39,542 nt of DNA from an uncultured archaeon (GTDB lineage: Archaea > Aenigmatarchaeota > Aenigmatarchaeia > CG10238-14). The notes under the pieces are model-generated. The model made no database searches, was not told where the DNA came from, and was given only the letters and a program-made list of their open reading frames with translations. How positions within the stretch are numbered: position 1 is the first letter of the stretch; the number at the start of each line of letters is the position of its first letter. The position numbers and the translations under genes were made by a program. Positions 8,069 through 18,131 of this stretch are shown here, piece by piece. The stretch is from the NCBI GenBank assembly GCA_964373165.1, contig CAYJTF010000002.1:17162-56703 (forward strand), read 5' to 3'.

Positions 8069-9247
8069 TTTTCTGGTCGCATATTCTATTTTATTCATAG
8101 CCGCTTCTATTTTTTCATATGATGTAGCATAACTTAATCTTATGAAACCTTCTCCGTATACACCAAATTCCGTTCCTGGTATAACCAGAACCTTTGCCTT
8201 GTTTAACAGAAACTGCGCGAATTTGACAGAATTTAATTTGAAATTCTCTATATTTGGAAATGCGTAAAATGCTCCCTTTGGTTCTAAGCAATTAAAACCA
8301 TTGATCTCTCTTAATCTTTTTATCATCAGTTTTCTTCTTCTATTGTACTCATCGACCATTTTTTGTATGACGCTGTTTTTTGTTCTTAATGCTTCCATTG
8401 ATGCTAGTTGCGATATGGTAGGTGCGGATAGTGTGGTGCCGAGTTTCAGCTTAGTCATTGCATCTATTATATCAGCAGGTCCGGCCGCATAACCGATTCT
8501 GAATCCCGGCATAGCATAGCTTTTAGAGAATGTGAATATGCTAACTGTATGATTTTCCATCCCGTTCAAACTCCCGATGCTTACGTGTTTTGTGTTATCA
8601 TATACAAAATCTTCGTATGCTTCATCAGATAATATAACTAACTCGTGTTCTATTGCAAAGTCTGCAATCTCTTCCAACTTCTTTTTGCTGAAAACGGTTC
8701 CTGTGGGGTTGGATGGAGAATTGAGTATCAGTATTCTAGTTTTTTTTGGATGAACAATTCCTTTCACCTTATCAATATCATATTCAAAGTTTTCATCTTG
8801 TCTTAATTGAACAGACAGAGGAATCCCGTTCAAACTTTCAACTATTGGTATATAAGCCAAATATCCCGGATTGGGAACTATTACAGATTCTCCAGGGTCT
8901 ACTAACGACATCATGCATAAGAATATAGATTCTTTTGCACCAACGGTTACTATAATTTGTTTCTCTGGGTCTACATGAATTTTATTTTTTATTTTTAATT
9001 TTTTTGATAGAGACTCTTTCACCTCGCTCATACCACCAATAGAAGTATAATGAGTGAAACCTTCAGCCAATTTTCTTTGAGCAAATTTTACAATATTTTT
9101 TGGTGTATCGAAATCTGGTTCGCCTGGTCCTAGTGATATAACACCTTTATTTTCTGTCGCTATTCTCATTATTTTAACAAATTCAGAATCCGGCAGGCCC
9201 ATTTCCCTTTCTGATATTAATGATCTAACTTTACATCTGTTATGCAT
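8057..9247 (-). CDS. Pyridoxal-phosphate-dependent aminotransferase, class I/II (aspartate aminotransferase-like)
   Basis: ISLGPGEPDFDTP, NPSNPTG and the PLP-lysine motif SKSYAMPGFRIGY. Confidence 0.9.
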   Translation of the reverse strand: MHNRCKVRSLISEREMGLPDSEFVKIMRIATENKGVISLGPGEPDFDTPKNIVKFAQRKLAEGFTHYTSIGGMSEVKESLSKKLKIKNKIHVDPEKQIIVTVGAKESIFLCMMSLVDPGESVIVPNPGYLAYIPIVESLNGIPLSVQLRQDENFEYDIDKVKGIVHPKKTRILILNSPSNPTGTVFSKKKLEEIADFAIEHELVILSDEAYEDFVYDNTKHVSIGSLNGMENHTVSIFTFSKSYAMPGFRIGYAAGPADIIDAMTKLKLGTTLSAPTISQLASMEALRTKNSVIQKMVDEYNRRRKLMIKRLREINGFNCLEPKGAFYAFPNIENFKLNSVKFAQFLLNKAKVLVIPGTEFGVYGEGFIRLSYATSYEKIEAAMNKIEYATRKLGV

Positions 9248-9254
9248 TTTATCA

Positions 9255-9680
9255 TTACCTTGATTTCAAAAGTCTGCAGCTTATTTCTATTTTGTCGTTA
9301 TCATTTGTTTGGTTTATTTCCTTTCCTAATATTATTTTTAAACAGTTTTCAGATTTGCCATCTATTATTTTTTTCAATTCTTTGCAAATCTCTTTTTTAT
9401 TATCATTGTAATATAGGCATAGATCTTCCTTTGAAATTCCAGACAATTTTTCTATATACTGACATTTTTCTATAGTTTGAGGTTCGCCGATAATAAAAGT
9501 TTTATTTTCGTCCTGCCAACAAAATATTGTTGTTAAAACTTCTGGGACAACTGTGGACAAACTCTTTTTTGAATAATAACTGGTGATAACAATAACTGAT
9601 ATTGATAAAACTCCTATGAGGATTAGTAAACTAATCAATTGATTTTCTTTCATATTCAACGATATATTATTTAGTTCCAA
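9255..9680 (-). CDS. Hypothetical membrane-anchored/secreted protein
   Basis: 141 aa with an N-terminal TM (LISLLILIGVLSISVIVI) and several Cys in the ectodomain. Confidence 0.4.
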   Translation of the reverse strand: MELNNISLNMKENQLISLLILIGVLSISVIVITSYYSKKSLSTVVPEVLTTIFCWQDENKTFIIGEPQTIEKCQYIEKLSGISKEDLCLYYNDNKKEICKELKKIIDGKSENCLKIILGKEINQTNDNDKIEISCRLLKSR

Positions 9681-9691
9681 TAATAATTAAT

Positions 9692-10498
9692 ATGTCTTTT
9701 GGAAAAACATTTGTTTTTGGACCGAAGCTTATTTTTCATAAAAATAAAATCATATACCCAACAATTTTGAACTTAATTCCGATAGCTCTGTTCAGTATCC
9801 TGTTTAGCCTTAGCCTATCAAAGGTAGCGAATTTCCTGCAGTATAATACAATAGATGACATCTTGTTAAATACCCAAATTTTTGTTCAGTTAATAAAAGG
9901 GCTATCGGGACACATAGCTCTTTTCATAATATTGCTCGTTTTAACATCAGTGATATCAATTTATCTGATGTGTACTTACGTGGAGATTGGTCGAGACGCT
10001 TATAAAAATAAAAAAATTGATTTATCCAGAATAATGCCAGTTTCAGCCCAGAAAGTCTACTCAGTGTTTGCAACCTATGCTTTAGGATTCTTTGCAACGC
10101 TTTTGTTAATTTTTGTTTTGCTTTTGGTTTCTATACCATTAAAGACAGCGGGTGTTGTATTATTTCTTCTATCATTGCTTGTTGTCACCTTAACAGCGAT
10201 ACCCGTCTTCTGGATTTTGCCGGCTGTTATTATTTTTGAAAATAAGACTGGTCTAGACTCCATAAAAAGATCGCTTAATATAACAAAAGAATTTTTATTC
10301 AAATTGTATTCGATCATCATAGCTATTTGGTTGATCACAAGCGTGATAGATAGATTTTTACTTTATTTACCGTATATCGGGTTTTATTTATCTATTGTTG
10401 GAAGATTGTTCTTTTTTTCGTGGAAAGCACTGACTTCAGTATCATTTTATTATGAATATGTCAAACCCAAGAGAACAATGGAAGAAGACGATCTTTAA
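9692..10498 (+). CDS. Hypothetical polytopic membrane protein
   Basis: 268 aa with about 6 hydrophobic helices and no catalytic motif. Confidence 0.45.
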   Translation: MSFGKTFVFGPKLIFHKNKIIYPTILNLIPIALFSILFSLSLSKVANFLQYNTIDDILLNTQIFVQLIKGLSGHIALFIILLVLTSVISIYLMCTYVEIGRDAYKNKKIDLSRIMPVSAQKVYSVFATYALGFFATLLLIFVLLLVSIPLKTAGVVLFLLSLLVVTLTAIPVFWILPAVIIFENKTGLDSIKRSLNITKEFLFKLYSIIIAIWLITSVIDRFLLYLPYIGFYLSIVGRLFFFSWKALTSVSFYYEYVKPKRTMEEDDL

Positions 10499-10527
10499 TT
10501 TTAATTGTAGGAATCATAATAATTAAT

Positions 10528-11928
10528 ATGCCAAATCTTAATGCCTTTTTCAACCCAAAAACAGTCGCTGTAATAGGCGCTTCCAGAGAAAAAGGGAAGC
10601 TTGGTAATATAATATTTTCAAATTTTGTTAATAGCGATTTTTCTAAAAAAGGTTCCGCTATACCGATAAATCCTAATGCCGATTTTATACTTGGGAAAAA
10701 ATCGTTCAAATCCATACTCGAGGTTAAAGAAAAAATAGATTTGGCTGTAATTGTTGTGCCAAGCAAATTTGTGTCCTCAGTTTTAAAAGAATGTGTTCAA
10801 AAAAATATACAATCTGTGATAATAATATCTGCAGGATTTTCTGAGTTGGGAACGGAAGAAGGTAGAAAATTAGAGAAAGAATGCTCGGAAATAATAAAAG
10901 GAACTAATACAAGAATAATAGGTCCAAATTGTCTTGGAATATTTGATGCTTATTCTCAGGTCGATACTTTATTTCTATCCAAGGAAAGATGCGGAAGACC
11001 GTCGAGTGGAAGTATTTCATTCATTTCTCAATCAGGTGCCGTTGGTTCCACAATTTTAGATTGGTTATCTGTGGAGGGTATAGGTACAGCTAAATTTGTT
11101 TCATATGGAAACGCTATGGATATAGACGATTCTGATCTGGTTGAATATTTAGGAAAGGACTCAAAAACTAGGGTTGTTATGGCTTATATTGAGGGCATAG
11201 AAGCGTCAGGCAAAAAATTTATGGATGTATGTAAGAAGGTTTCAAAGAAAAAGCCCATAGTTTTATTGAAGTCTGGAAAAACAAATAAAGGGAGCAAGGC
11301 AGCCTCTTCTCATACGGGTTCTCTTGCCGGTTCTGGTAGGATTTATTCTACCGCATTTAAACAAAGCAATGTCATTGAGGCAGGTACGTGGGAGGAGTTG
11401 TTGGACTTTTCTATAGCATTTGCGACACAGCCATTGCCTAAAGGTAATAGAATAGCAGTTATTACCGATGGCGGTGGTTTTGGGGTATTAGCAACAGATG
11501 AAATAGAAAGACAAAATTTGGAATTACCAGAACCCTCAGAAAAATTAAAAAATATAATGAAATCGTCTATGCCATCTTATGTTAGTTTGCATAATCCCTT
11601 CGACCTCACTGGAGATGCCGATGCTGTTAGATATAAGATAGCGATAGAAGAATGCATGAAAAGCAAAGAATATGATGCTGTGATAGCTATAACACTATTT
11701 CAGGTTCCAACTTTAGGAAACGAGATCATAGATTATTTACTTGATATAAAGAAAAAACACAAAAAGCCATTGTTAATATGTGCTTGTGGCGGTAATTTTA
11801 CAAAAAATTTAAGCAGTGATTTAGTGACCAAGGGCATACCTGTTTATATAACACCAGAAAGAGCTGTTAAAGCAATGAAAGCATTAGTTTATTATAGCAG
11901 AATCAACAAGAAATCTGCTTTATGGTAA
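10528..11928 (+). CDS. Acetyl-CoA synthetase (ADP-forming) alpha subunit / CoA-binding succinyl-CoA-synthetase-like protein
   Basis: FFNPKTVAVIGASREKGKLG (CoA-binding Rossmann fold), GPNCLGI, and the phosphohistidine loop SSHTGSLAGS. Confidence 0.85.
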   Translation: MPNLNAFFNPKTVAVIGASREKGKLGNIIFSNFVNSDFSKKGSAIPINPNADFILGKKSFKSILEVKEKIDLAVIVVPSKFVSSVLKECVQKNIQSVIIISAGFSELGTEEGRKLEKECSEIIKGTNTRIIGPNCLGIFDAYSQVDTLFLSKERCGRPSSGSISFISQSGAVGSTILDWLSVEGIGTAKFVSYGNAMDIDDSDLVEYLGKDSKTRVVMAYIEGIEASGKKFMDVCKKVSKKKPIVLLKSGKTNKGSKAASSHTGSLAGSGRIYSTAFKQSNVIEAGTWEELLDFSIAFATQPLPKGNRIAVITDGGGFGVLATDEIERQNLELPEPSEKLKNIMKSSMPSYVSLHNPFDLTGDADAVRYKIAIEECMKSKEYDAVIAITLFQVPTLGNEIIDYLLDIKKKHKKPLLICACGGNFTKNLSSDLVTKGIPVYITPERAVKAMKALVYYSRINKKSALW

Positions 11929-12541
11929 CTGTCGTGTCTGGTTTAGGTGTACACGTTTCTGCCGTATTTCCGGAGCAACATCCGCCGATTTTGTTTTTTC
12001 TTAAGTAATAGTATTCTAGATTGAATAACCCGCATATTTGCTGTGCATAATTACATTCCAAATCATCGTAGTTTTCTTCCACTCTGTTTATTTTCTCTTC
12101 TAGTTGTCTTAAACTCAATTTTGTTTGTGTTAAACTGCTTGTTATTTCAGCTACTTGTGAATTACAGGCGCTAAGCTCAGAACCCGTTTTTTCTAATTCA
12201 TTTTTCGTATTTGTGTATTGCGACTTTAAGTTATCTCTCTCTGTCGTGCATACACTAAACTGAGATTCCGAAGTTGCTAAATTACCTTCTAGTGCTTGAT
12301 TTTGCTTTTCCAAAACCATGATTTTTGACTGGGTTTCTGCCACCCTCGCTGTATATGTAGTATATCCCGTGTAAGTAAGCCCGCCTATCGCCAAAATAGC
12401 AACTAAAACCAGTACAAGACTCCATTTGTTCTCTTTAAAACTCCTAGAATTGACACCTTTCCAGAATTCTTGATATTTTTCCTTTATTTTATCTACAGCT
12501 TCTGCAAGCTTATTCTTCTTCTCTTCGTAAGGTTCATACAT
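11903..12541 (-). CDS. Hypothetical membrane-anchored coiled-coil protein with Cys-rich C-terminus
   Basis: 212 aa. One TM (WSLVLVLVAILAIGGL), a heptad-like Q/E/L/N-rich region, and a C-terminal Cys-rich segment including GGCCSGNTAETC. Confidence 0.4.
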   Translation of the reverse strand: MYEPYEEKKNKLAEAVDKIKEKYQEFWKGVNSRSFKENKWSLVLVLVAILAIGGLTYTGYTTYTARVAETQSKIMVLEKQNQALEGNLATSESQFSVCTTERDNLKSQYTNTKNELEKTGSELSACNSQVAEITSSLTQTKLSLRQLEEKINRVEENYDDLECNYAQQICGLFNLEYYYLRKNKIGGCCSGNTAETCTPKPDTTVTIKQISC

Positions 12542-12579
12542 TTTGATCTAACATAATTTGTAGTTTTAATACTAAATAA

Positions 12580-12858
12580 TTATTTTTTTAATGAACCTTC
12601 CAGTTCTTTCTTAAGTTCCTTCAAATTTGATTGCAATCTTTTTATAGATTCTTGCAGTGCTTTTTGTGGCTTTCCTTCTTTTGTTTTGACAAAAATTTTA
12701 GGTTCAGCCATGTAAGGATGCTCTTTTATACTGGCCGCTTCTTCGACATTTTTGTCATTCCACAACTCTTCTCTGATAAGATTAGCAAAACCTATTGTAT
12801 CCCCCTTAAGTTCAATTAAAAGCATATTTTTGTCTTCCTTTATTATATTAATTTCCAT
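12580..12858 (-). CDS. rpoL: DNA-directed RNA polymerase subunit L (Rpo11)
   Basis: 92 aa. LLIELKGDTIGFANLIREELWNDKNVEEAASIKEHPYMAEPKIFVKT matches the RpoL/Rpb11 fold signature. Confidence 0.8.
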   Translation of the reverse strand: MEINIIKEDKNMLLIELKGDTIGFANLIREELWNDKNVEEAASIKEHPYMAEPKIFVKTKEGKPQKALQESIKRLQSNLKELKKELEGSLKK

Positions 12859-12878
12859 TATCTCACCAGTTTAAACAT

Positions 12879-13772
12879 TTAAAGTACTGTAAATTTATAA
12901 GTTGTAATATTTATAACCTTTCTCTTCATGTATCGATAGATATCCCACGATTTACCTATCCTGTTTTTGGCAAATAAAACCAACAATATTAACAGAAACA
13001 ACATTATAACAGCTTTTATTACGGAATATCCGTTAATATACGCAGTGTTTCCTGTTATTGGTAGATTTTCGTAATTTCCTTCGGTCAAATTCAGTTTTCT
13101 GGATATAGAAGAATCTGTTTTTTTCAAAACTTCTAGAATGTCACCATATGCAAAGGTTATTTGAGCACTATATGAATTTTCACATTTTCTAACAGCTTTA
13201 GTTAATTTTTTGCAAGGGAAATAAACATCGCAATTTATAGAAATCCCCCAATTCTTTTCATTATTTTTTAATTTATTATTTATCTGTTCTTCAAACGGGG
13301 CATGACATTTGTAATAATCCTCTCCCATTATTTGATGAACTGGGACGAAGGAATCAGTCATATAATGAGTAGATACACCAATATAAAACGAAAAATTGCT
13401 GACTGTGGCATTTTTTATAGCCTCGTCAAATTTAATTAAAGCAGGGCAATCGAAATATTCCTCGTCAGCACAATTTTCAATATCTTTGAAATAAGGCAGA
13501 TTGCCAGGATCTATATCTGAAATATTTATTTCTTTACATTCTTTGCTCACATAACAATGATGATCTCTCTGGTCATCATATTCTTTATCAGGCGCAATAC
13601 ACCCTCTCAAAAGTTCTTCTTCATCTGTAATCATTTTTTTTAAATCTTGATTGTTTTCATATAATTTTTTGCAGAACCATTCGTGTGTTTTATAACCCCA
13701 CGAATGTGCAGGGGGTATAAGTAAAATTACAATCATAAACATTATGAGAAATTTCATTTCAATTAATTCCAA
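12879..13772 (-). CDS. Putative zinc-dependent phospholipase C / S1-P1 nuclease superfamily protein, secreted and membrane-anchored
   Basis: A signal peptide is followed by the mature start SWGYKTHEWF (W..H). Later D/H clusters (APDKEYDDQRDHHCY; STHYMTDSFVPVHQ) resemble the zinc-ligand pattern of this superfamily. There is a C-terminal TM. Confidence 0.4.
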   Translation of the reverse strand: MELIEMKFLIMFMIVILLIPPAHSWGYKTHEWFCKKLYENNQDLKKMITDEEELLRGCIAPDKEYDDQRDHHCYVSKECKEINISDIDPGNLPYFKDIENCADEEYFDCPALIKFDEAIKNATVSNFSFYIGVSTHYMTDSFVPVHQIMGEDYYKCHAPFEEQINNKLKNNEKNWGISINCDVYFPCKKLTKAVRKCENSYSAQITFAYGDILEVLKKTDSSISRKLNLTEGNYENLPITGNTAYINGYSVIKAVIMLFLLILLVLFAKNRIGKSWDIYRYMKRKVINITTYKFTVL

Positions 13773-13775
13773 TTA

Positions 13776-14663
13776 CTAAAATAAATCTTCATCATCCATG
13801 CGTGGACAAACCATGTTTACCACACAATCAAATTTCATTCCAATTATTTTTTCTTTTGATATAGTGTCAAATGCGAGTATATGGACTTCTTTTCCTTCTT
13901 TCTCTAAAGATTTTTTTAATCTCATGGCTTCTTCTATTCTATTTTGTCCTTGTTTCCAAGAAACAGTTATCCCAACCGTTCTAGCTTCTTTCAACTTAAC
14001 ATCATGCCATGCCTTCTTTTTTATATAAATTTTCTTTTCTTTTTGAAAATCTATTATTTCGTTTTTTTCTAAATCCAAAGAAAATGTTGGAACATCTGTA
14101 GTTAAAGCAACACCTAACGGATGGAATCTACCGGCCCCGACATACAAGAAACAGTCGACTTTATCTTTCAGTGTCGTTGCAGCAAATATTCTGCATCCCA
14201 GAACTTGGCCTTCATGTTTTTGAGACTTGTGGATAAATACATTTTTTCCGTTTTTTTCCAAGAATTTTTTAACTTCTAGCATGGCAGGCATATATTGAAT
14301 ACTTGTGAACAGTCCAATATTTTTACAGTTGTTTAATTTTTCTAGATTATTCTTTAGTGCTGGAATTGGATTTACATCAAAAAAGTAGTCCCAATAAATC
14401 ACTGGTAATTCAGATTTTACACCAAAATCGCTATGACCTATATGTAGTATCGTATCGCACCCTAAACGTTTTCCTTCAAAATCTCTGATGTCGCATGCTC
14501 CAAAAACAGGTTCAACATTTAGGATCAGATCAAATCCTTCTTTTTCCAGAACCTTTACTATTTCCAGAATTTTCATTTTTAATCCTTCAGGAAATTGAAC
14601 CATAATTCGTTTAGCTTTTAGTACTTTCAACTTACTGATTATGTTTTTTGTGTCCATTCTCAT
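13776..14663 (-). CDS. dph2: 2-(3-amino-3-carboxypropyl)histidine synthase (diphthamide biosynthesis, radical-SAM-type Dph2)
   Basis: VQFPEGLK, GACDI, GCRIF and VCPR supply the three spaced Cys of archaeal Dph2. YVGAGRFHPLG is also present. Confidence 0.85.
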   Translation of the reverse strand: MRMDTKNIISKLKVLKAKRIMVQFPEGLKMKILEIVKVLEKEGFDLILNVEPVFGACDIRDFEGKRLGCDTILHIGHSDFGVKSELPVIYWDYFFDVNPIPALKNNLEKLNNCKNIGLFTSIQYMPAMLEVKKFLEKNGKNVFIHKSQKHEGQVLGCRIFAATTLKDKVDCFLYVGAGRFHPLGVALTTDVPTFSLDLEKNEIIDFQKEKKIYIKKKAWHDVKLKEARTVGITVSWKQGQNRIEEAMRLKKSLEKEGKEVHILAFDTISKEKIIGMKFDCVVNMVCPRMDDEDLF

Positions 14664-14702
14664 TGGATAACCTTTAATTTTATAAAAAGTAGAAGACTTA
14701 TA

Positions 14703-15884
14703 ATGCTTTCTGATATTAGAAAAATGTACCTATTTGGGTTTTTGAGGAATTTCTTCTTAATTGGTGCTATATCTGTACCATTCTTTTTGGAATGGGGAAA
14801 ACTTAATTACACCCAAATGTTTATTCTTCAATCGTGGTTTTCTTTCTGGCTTTTTATTCTTGAAATTCCCACCGGTGCGATTGCAGATAAATTTGGAAGA
14901 AAAATATCAATTGTACTTGGTGGTTTTATTGCCTCTGCTGGAATTTTTATTTATTCTTTAGTCCCGAATTTTATGCTTTTTCTTATAGCTGAATTTTTAG
15001 CAGCTTTGGGTGGCGCACTCATATCTGGTGCAGATAGGGCTTTGATTTATGACAAATTAAAACAAATGAAACAGGTAAAACAGGCCAAATATGTGTTTTC
15101 CAATTATACTATAGCAAACACATTGGGAGTTATAGTAGCTTTACCTTTGGGTTCTTATATTGCAGGTTCAATGATATGGGCGCATCCGAGTAACTATTCT
15201 TTTGTAATGGCATACAATTCTATACCATTATTTTTTTCGTCTGTCGTGGCGCTATTTGTAGAAGAACCGAAAAAATCCACGAAAATCCACGAAAACTATT
15301 TCTTAATTGCTAAAAAGGGGTTAAAGTATTTTATTAATCATAAAATTTTGAGAACACTGGCATTGGATCTGATTCTAATATCAGCCATGACGTTTTACAT
15401 TTATTGGCTATATCAACCATTATTGAAAAACGTGGGTGTAGATGTAAAATATTTTGGTGTTGTTGGTGCAGTGTTTAATATATTTGAAATAATATTACTT
15501 AGGAATTTGAAATTTATAGAAAAACATTTCAACAATAGAAATATTATTTTTTTAACAGCAGCCATACCGGGATTAATGTATGTGATTTTGGGTTTTTTCC
15601 AGAACATAATACTTCTGATCTTTGGACTGCTTCTGATTGTTGGGTTTAAAGAGTTAAGAAGACCCATATTTGAACACTACATAAATAAATTGATACCTAA
15701 TAAACAGAGAGCCACAATTTTATCTTCTATTTCTATGTTAGAACGTATGGTTATAGCGGTGATTTATCCAATCGTCGGTATTTTGACTGATTATTCACTA
15801 AGTTTTGCATTAATAATTCTAGGAATACTTACTCTTGTTCTAACATTTTTATCAAGAATCACAAAAGAAATGTTCGATGGATGA
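14703..15884 (+). CDS. MFS transporter
   Basis: 393 aa, about 12 TM, with the loop 2-3 motif GAIADKFGRK. Confidence 0.8.
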   Translation: MLSDIRKMYLFGFLRNFFLIGAISVPFFLEWGKLNYTQMFILQSWFSFWLFILEIPTGAIADKFGRKISIVLGGFIASAGIFIYSLVPNFMLFLIAEFLAALGGALISGADRALIYDKLKQMKQVKQAKYVFSNYTIANTLGVIVALPLGSYIAGSMIWAHPSNYSFVMAYNSIPLFFSSVVALFVEEPKKSTKIHENYFLIAKKGLKYFINHKILRTLALDLILISAMTFYIYWLYQPLLKNVGVDVKYFGVVGAVFNIFEIILLRNLKFIEKHFNNRNIIFLTAAIPGLMYVILGFFQNIILLIFGLLLIVGFKELRRPIFEHYINKLIPNKQRATILSSISMLERMVIAVIYPIVGILTDYSLSFALIILGILTLVLTFLSRITKEMFDG

Positions 15885-16550
15885 TCATTTGATGAAACTC
15901 ATAATAACGTATTTTATAATATAAGGAAAAATTATCACGAGAATTAAAGCTAGTAAGAATATAATAATTTTGTTTATCTTGCCTTTAACCCATATCAACC
16001 CAAAAACTGATCCTATCAACATACCAAACAGATGAACGGGGTATGCAATCTGAGAAGGCGCAAATAAGTTCATGTATTGGGTAATGAAATAAAAAGCCCC
16101 GGAAATTACAAATGGAATAGGAATAAATGTCGGGAAAGATACAAATTTACCCGGCGAATAAAAAGTTCCTAAGCCTATTACTGCTGATATAGCTCCAGAG
16201 GCCCCAACACCCATAGATTCAGGAGAAAAAAATAGCGGAACCATCATTATAAGGTTTGATCCCACTCCACCTATGGTATATACAATAAAATACTTTAAAC
16301 CATTTATTTTTTTTTCAATGGCACTTCCTAATATGAACAACGCCAACATATTGAAGGTTAGATGTAAAAAATTGGCGTGTAAGAATACTGAAGTAATTAT
16401 CCGGTAGTACTCACCATGCAGAAATTTAATTGGGTTAAATGCATATGAGTTAATTATATTTTCAAAATCTGTTAAGGAATAGAAAAAAGCCAATATATTT
16501 ATTAAAATTAGTGATAAAGTCAGCTTCATATTAAAGATAAACGTTTTCAT
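15885..16550 (-). CDS. Rhomboid family intramembrane serine protease
   Basis: HANFLHLTFNM, GASGAISAVIG (GxSG nucleophile), and a downstream His in a TM (PVHLFGMLIG). Confidence 0.85.
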   Translation of the reverse strand: MKTFIFNMKLTLSLILINILAFFYSLTDFENIINSYAFNPIKFLHGEYYRIITSVFLHANFLHLTFNMLALFILGSAIEKKINGLKYFIVYTIGGVGSNLIMMVPLFFSPESMGVGASGAISAVIGLGTFYSPGKFVSFPTFIPIPFVISGAFYFITQYMNLFAPSQIAYPVHLFGMLIGSVFGLIWVKGKINKIIIFLLALILVIIFPYIIKYVIMSFIK

Positions 16551-16566
16551 TAATAAAATAAATTTA

Positions 16567-16833
16567 ATGTCAAGTATATCTTGGAGAACTGAAAGGAAAG
16601 GCTACTGGTTTTTCAAAGAAGGAAAAATTCTGAGAGAAACAGACACGGATAAAAGAACACACTTTAGCATAAACGGTGATAACGATAAGTATTCCGTGAT
16701 TTATGACAAAATTAAAAAACAGTGGAGCTGCGATTGCCAATTTTTTTCTTTAAAATTAAAAAAATGTTCTCATGTAATTGCTTGTGAATATCTACAAAAA
16801 GAAGAGAATAACTTAAATAAAGAGAAGGTATGA
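16567..16833 (+). CDS. SWIM zinc-finger protein
   Basis: 88 aa. CDCQFFSLKLKKCSHVIAC fits CxC-x(n)-CxH. Confidence 0.65.
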   Translation: MSSISWRTERKGYWFFKEGKILRETDTDKRTHFSINGDNDKYSVIYDKIKKQWSCDCQFFSLKLKKCSHVIACEYLQKEENNLNKEKV

Positions 16834-16837
16834 TTGC

Positions 16838-17665
16838 ATGCCTGTTAACGCTTCAATAGAATATTACAAAGCTGAAGAAGACTATAAATCTGCGAAAACA
16901 AGAGAGGAAAAAATAAGATGCTTGGAAGAAATGATAAGATTACTGCCAAAGCATAAATCAAGCGAACATGTTCTGGCCGAACTAAAAAAAAGACTAGCAA
17001 AATTAAAATCACAAAAAGAAGCTAAAACAGGAAGATCTGCATTTGCATTTAAAAAAGAGGGCATAGGAACTGTGTGTTTGATTGGCATGCCGAATTCTGG
17101 CAAAAGTACACTTTTAAAAAAAATAACGGGAGTGGATATTGAAATTTCTGATTATCCATATACAACAACCAGACCTGAAATTGGCATGTTGAAATTTGAA
17201 GATGTAAGAATACAAATTGTAGAAATACCTTCCACATTTGATTCTGAATGGATGAGCATAGTCCACAATTCCGATCTTATTATAAAAGTTATAGATGGTA
17301 ATGAGAATTTGACTTCTCAAAGAGTGGAAATTTCTGAAATTCTGAAAAAAAACAGAATAAAAATTAAAACAATAAAAGTTATTGGAAAAAGACTTGTTGA
17401 TATTGAAAAGTTAAAAATGGAAATTTGGAAAAATTTAGGTAAGATAAGAGTTTATACAAAAACTCAAAACAAACCACCAGAGAAAACTCCAATAGTTTTG
17501 AAAAAAGGTTCCACAGTTTATGATGTTGTCAAACAAATTCATAAAGAATTTTTAAAACATTTCAGATTCGCTAGAATATGGGGAAAGTCAGTTAAATTTC
17601 CTGGAGCTACAGTTGGCCTAGATTATAAACTGGAAGATAAAGATATAGTACAAATTTTTTCGTGA
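16838..17665 (+). CDS. DRG/Obg-family GTP-binding protein with C-terminal TGS domain (shortened, degenerate G3/G4)
   Basis: G1 GMPNSGKST, G2 YPYTTTRPEIG, and a C-terminal TGS-like VGLDYKLEDKDIVQI. EIPS sits where DxPG is expected, and no NKxD is visible. Confidence 0.7.
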   Translation: MPVNASIEYYKAEEDYKSAKTREEKIRCLEEMIRLLPKHKSSEHVLAELKKRLAKLKSQKEAKTGRSAFAFKKEGIGTVCLIGMPNSGKSTLLKKITGVDIEISDYPYTTTRPEIGMLKFEDVRIQIVEIPSTFDSEWMSIVHNSDLIIKVIDGNENLTSQRVEISEILKKNRIKIKTIKVIGKRLVDIEKLKMEIWKNLGKIRVYTKTQNKPPEKTPIVLKKGSTVYDVVKQIHKEFLKHFRFARIWGKSVKFPGATVGLDYKLEDKDIVQIFS

Positions 17666-17702
17666 ATACAAAACATTTATCCTTTTCTTTACTATATAAT
17701 TT

Positions 17703-18110
17703 ATGCAAAAAATTTTCGTTGCATTTCATTCAATTATAGAGAAAGATGGAAAAATATTAGTTTTGAAAAGATCCTCTAAAGATCCATTTAAAGCAGACTG
17801 TTGGGATTTGCCTGGTGGTATAATGAATTTTGGCGAAGAAGTTGTGGCTGCCTTAAAGAGAGAAGTTAAAGAAGAGTGTGGTCTAGAAGTTGAGACTTTA
17901 AGCCCAATGGATGTTTCTACCAGAATAGATAATGAAGAACAATATGTTGCGGTAACATTTATTTGTGAATACAAGTCTGGAACAGTAAAGTTAAGTAAAG
18001 ATCATTCTGAATTCAAATGGGTTGATGCTAAAAAAGTTCCTGATTTAGAGGATTTAAATTGGGTACTGGAAAAAGCTATATATCCATATATAGAATTTAC
18101 ATCTATATAA
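17703..18110 (+). CDS. NUDIX hydrolase
   Basis: Nudix box GGIMNFGEEVVAALKREVKEECGLEV. Confidence 0.85.
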   Translation: MQKIFVAFHSIIEKDGKILVLKRSSKDPFKADCWDLPGGIMNFGEEVVAALKREVKEECGLEVETLSPMDVSTRIDNEEQYVAVTFICEYKSGTVKLSKDHSEFKWVDAKKVPDLEDLNWVLEKAIYPYIEFTSI

Positions 18111-18131
18111 CTAATCTGATAAATTATTCTT

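Noticed and set aside
15272-15291. Perfect 10-nt tandem duplication AAAATCCACG x2 inside the MFS transporter gene
   Set aside because: There are only two copies, and the reading frame is intact with plausible MFS halves on both sides. It lies in the central cytoplasmic loop. This is too little evidence for a phase-variable slippage site.
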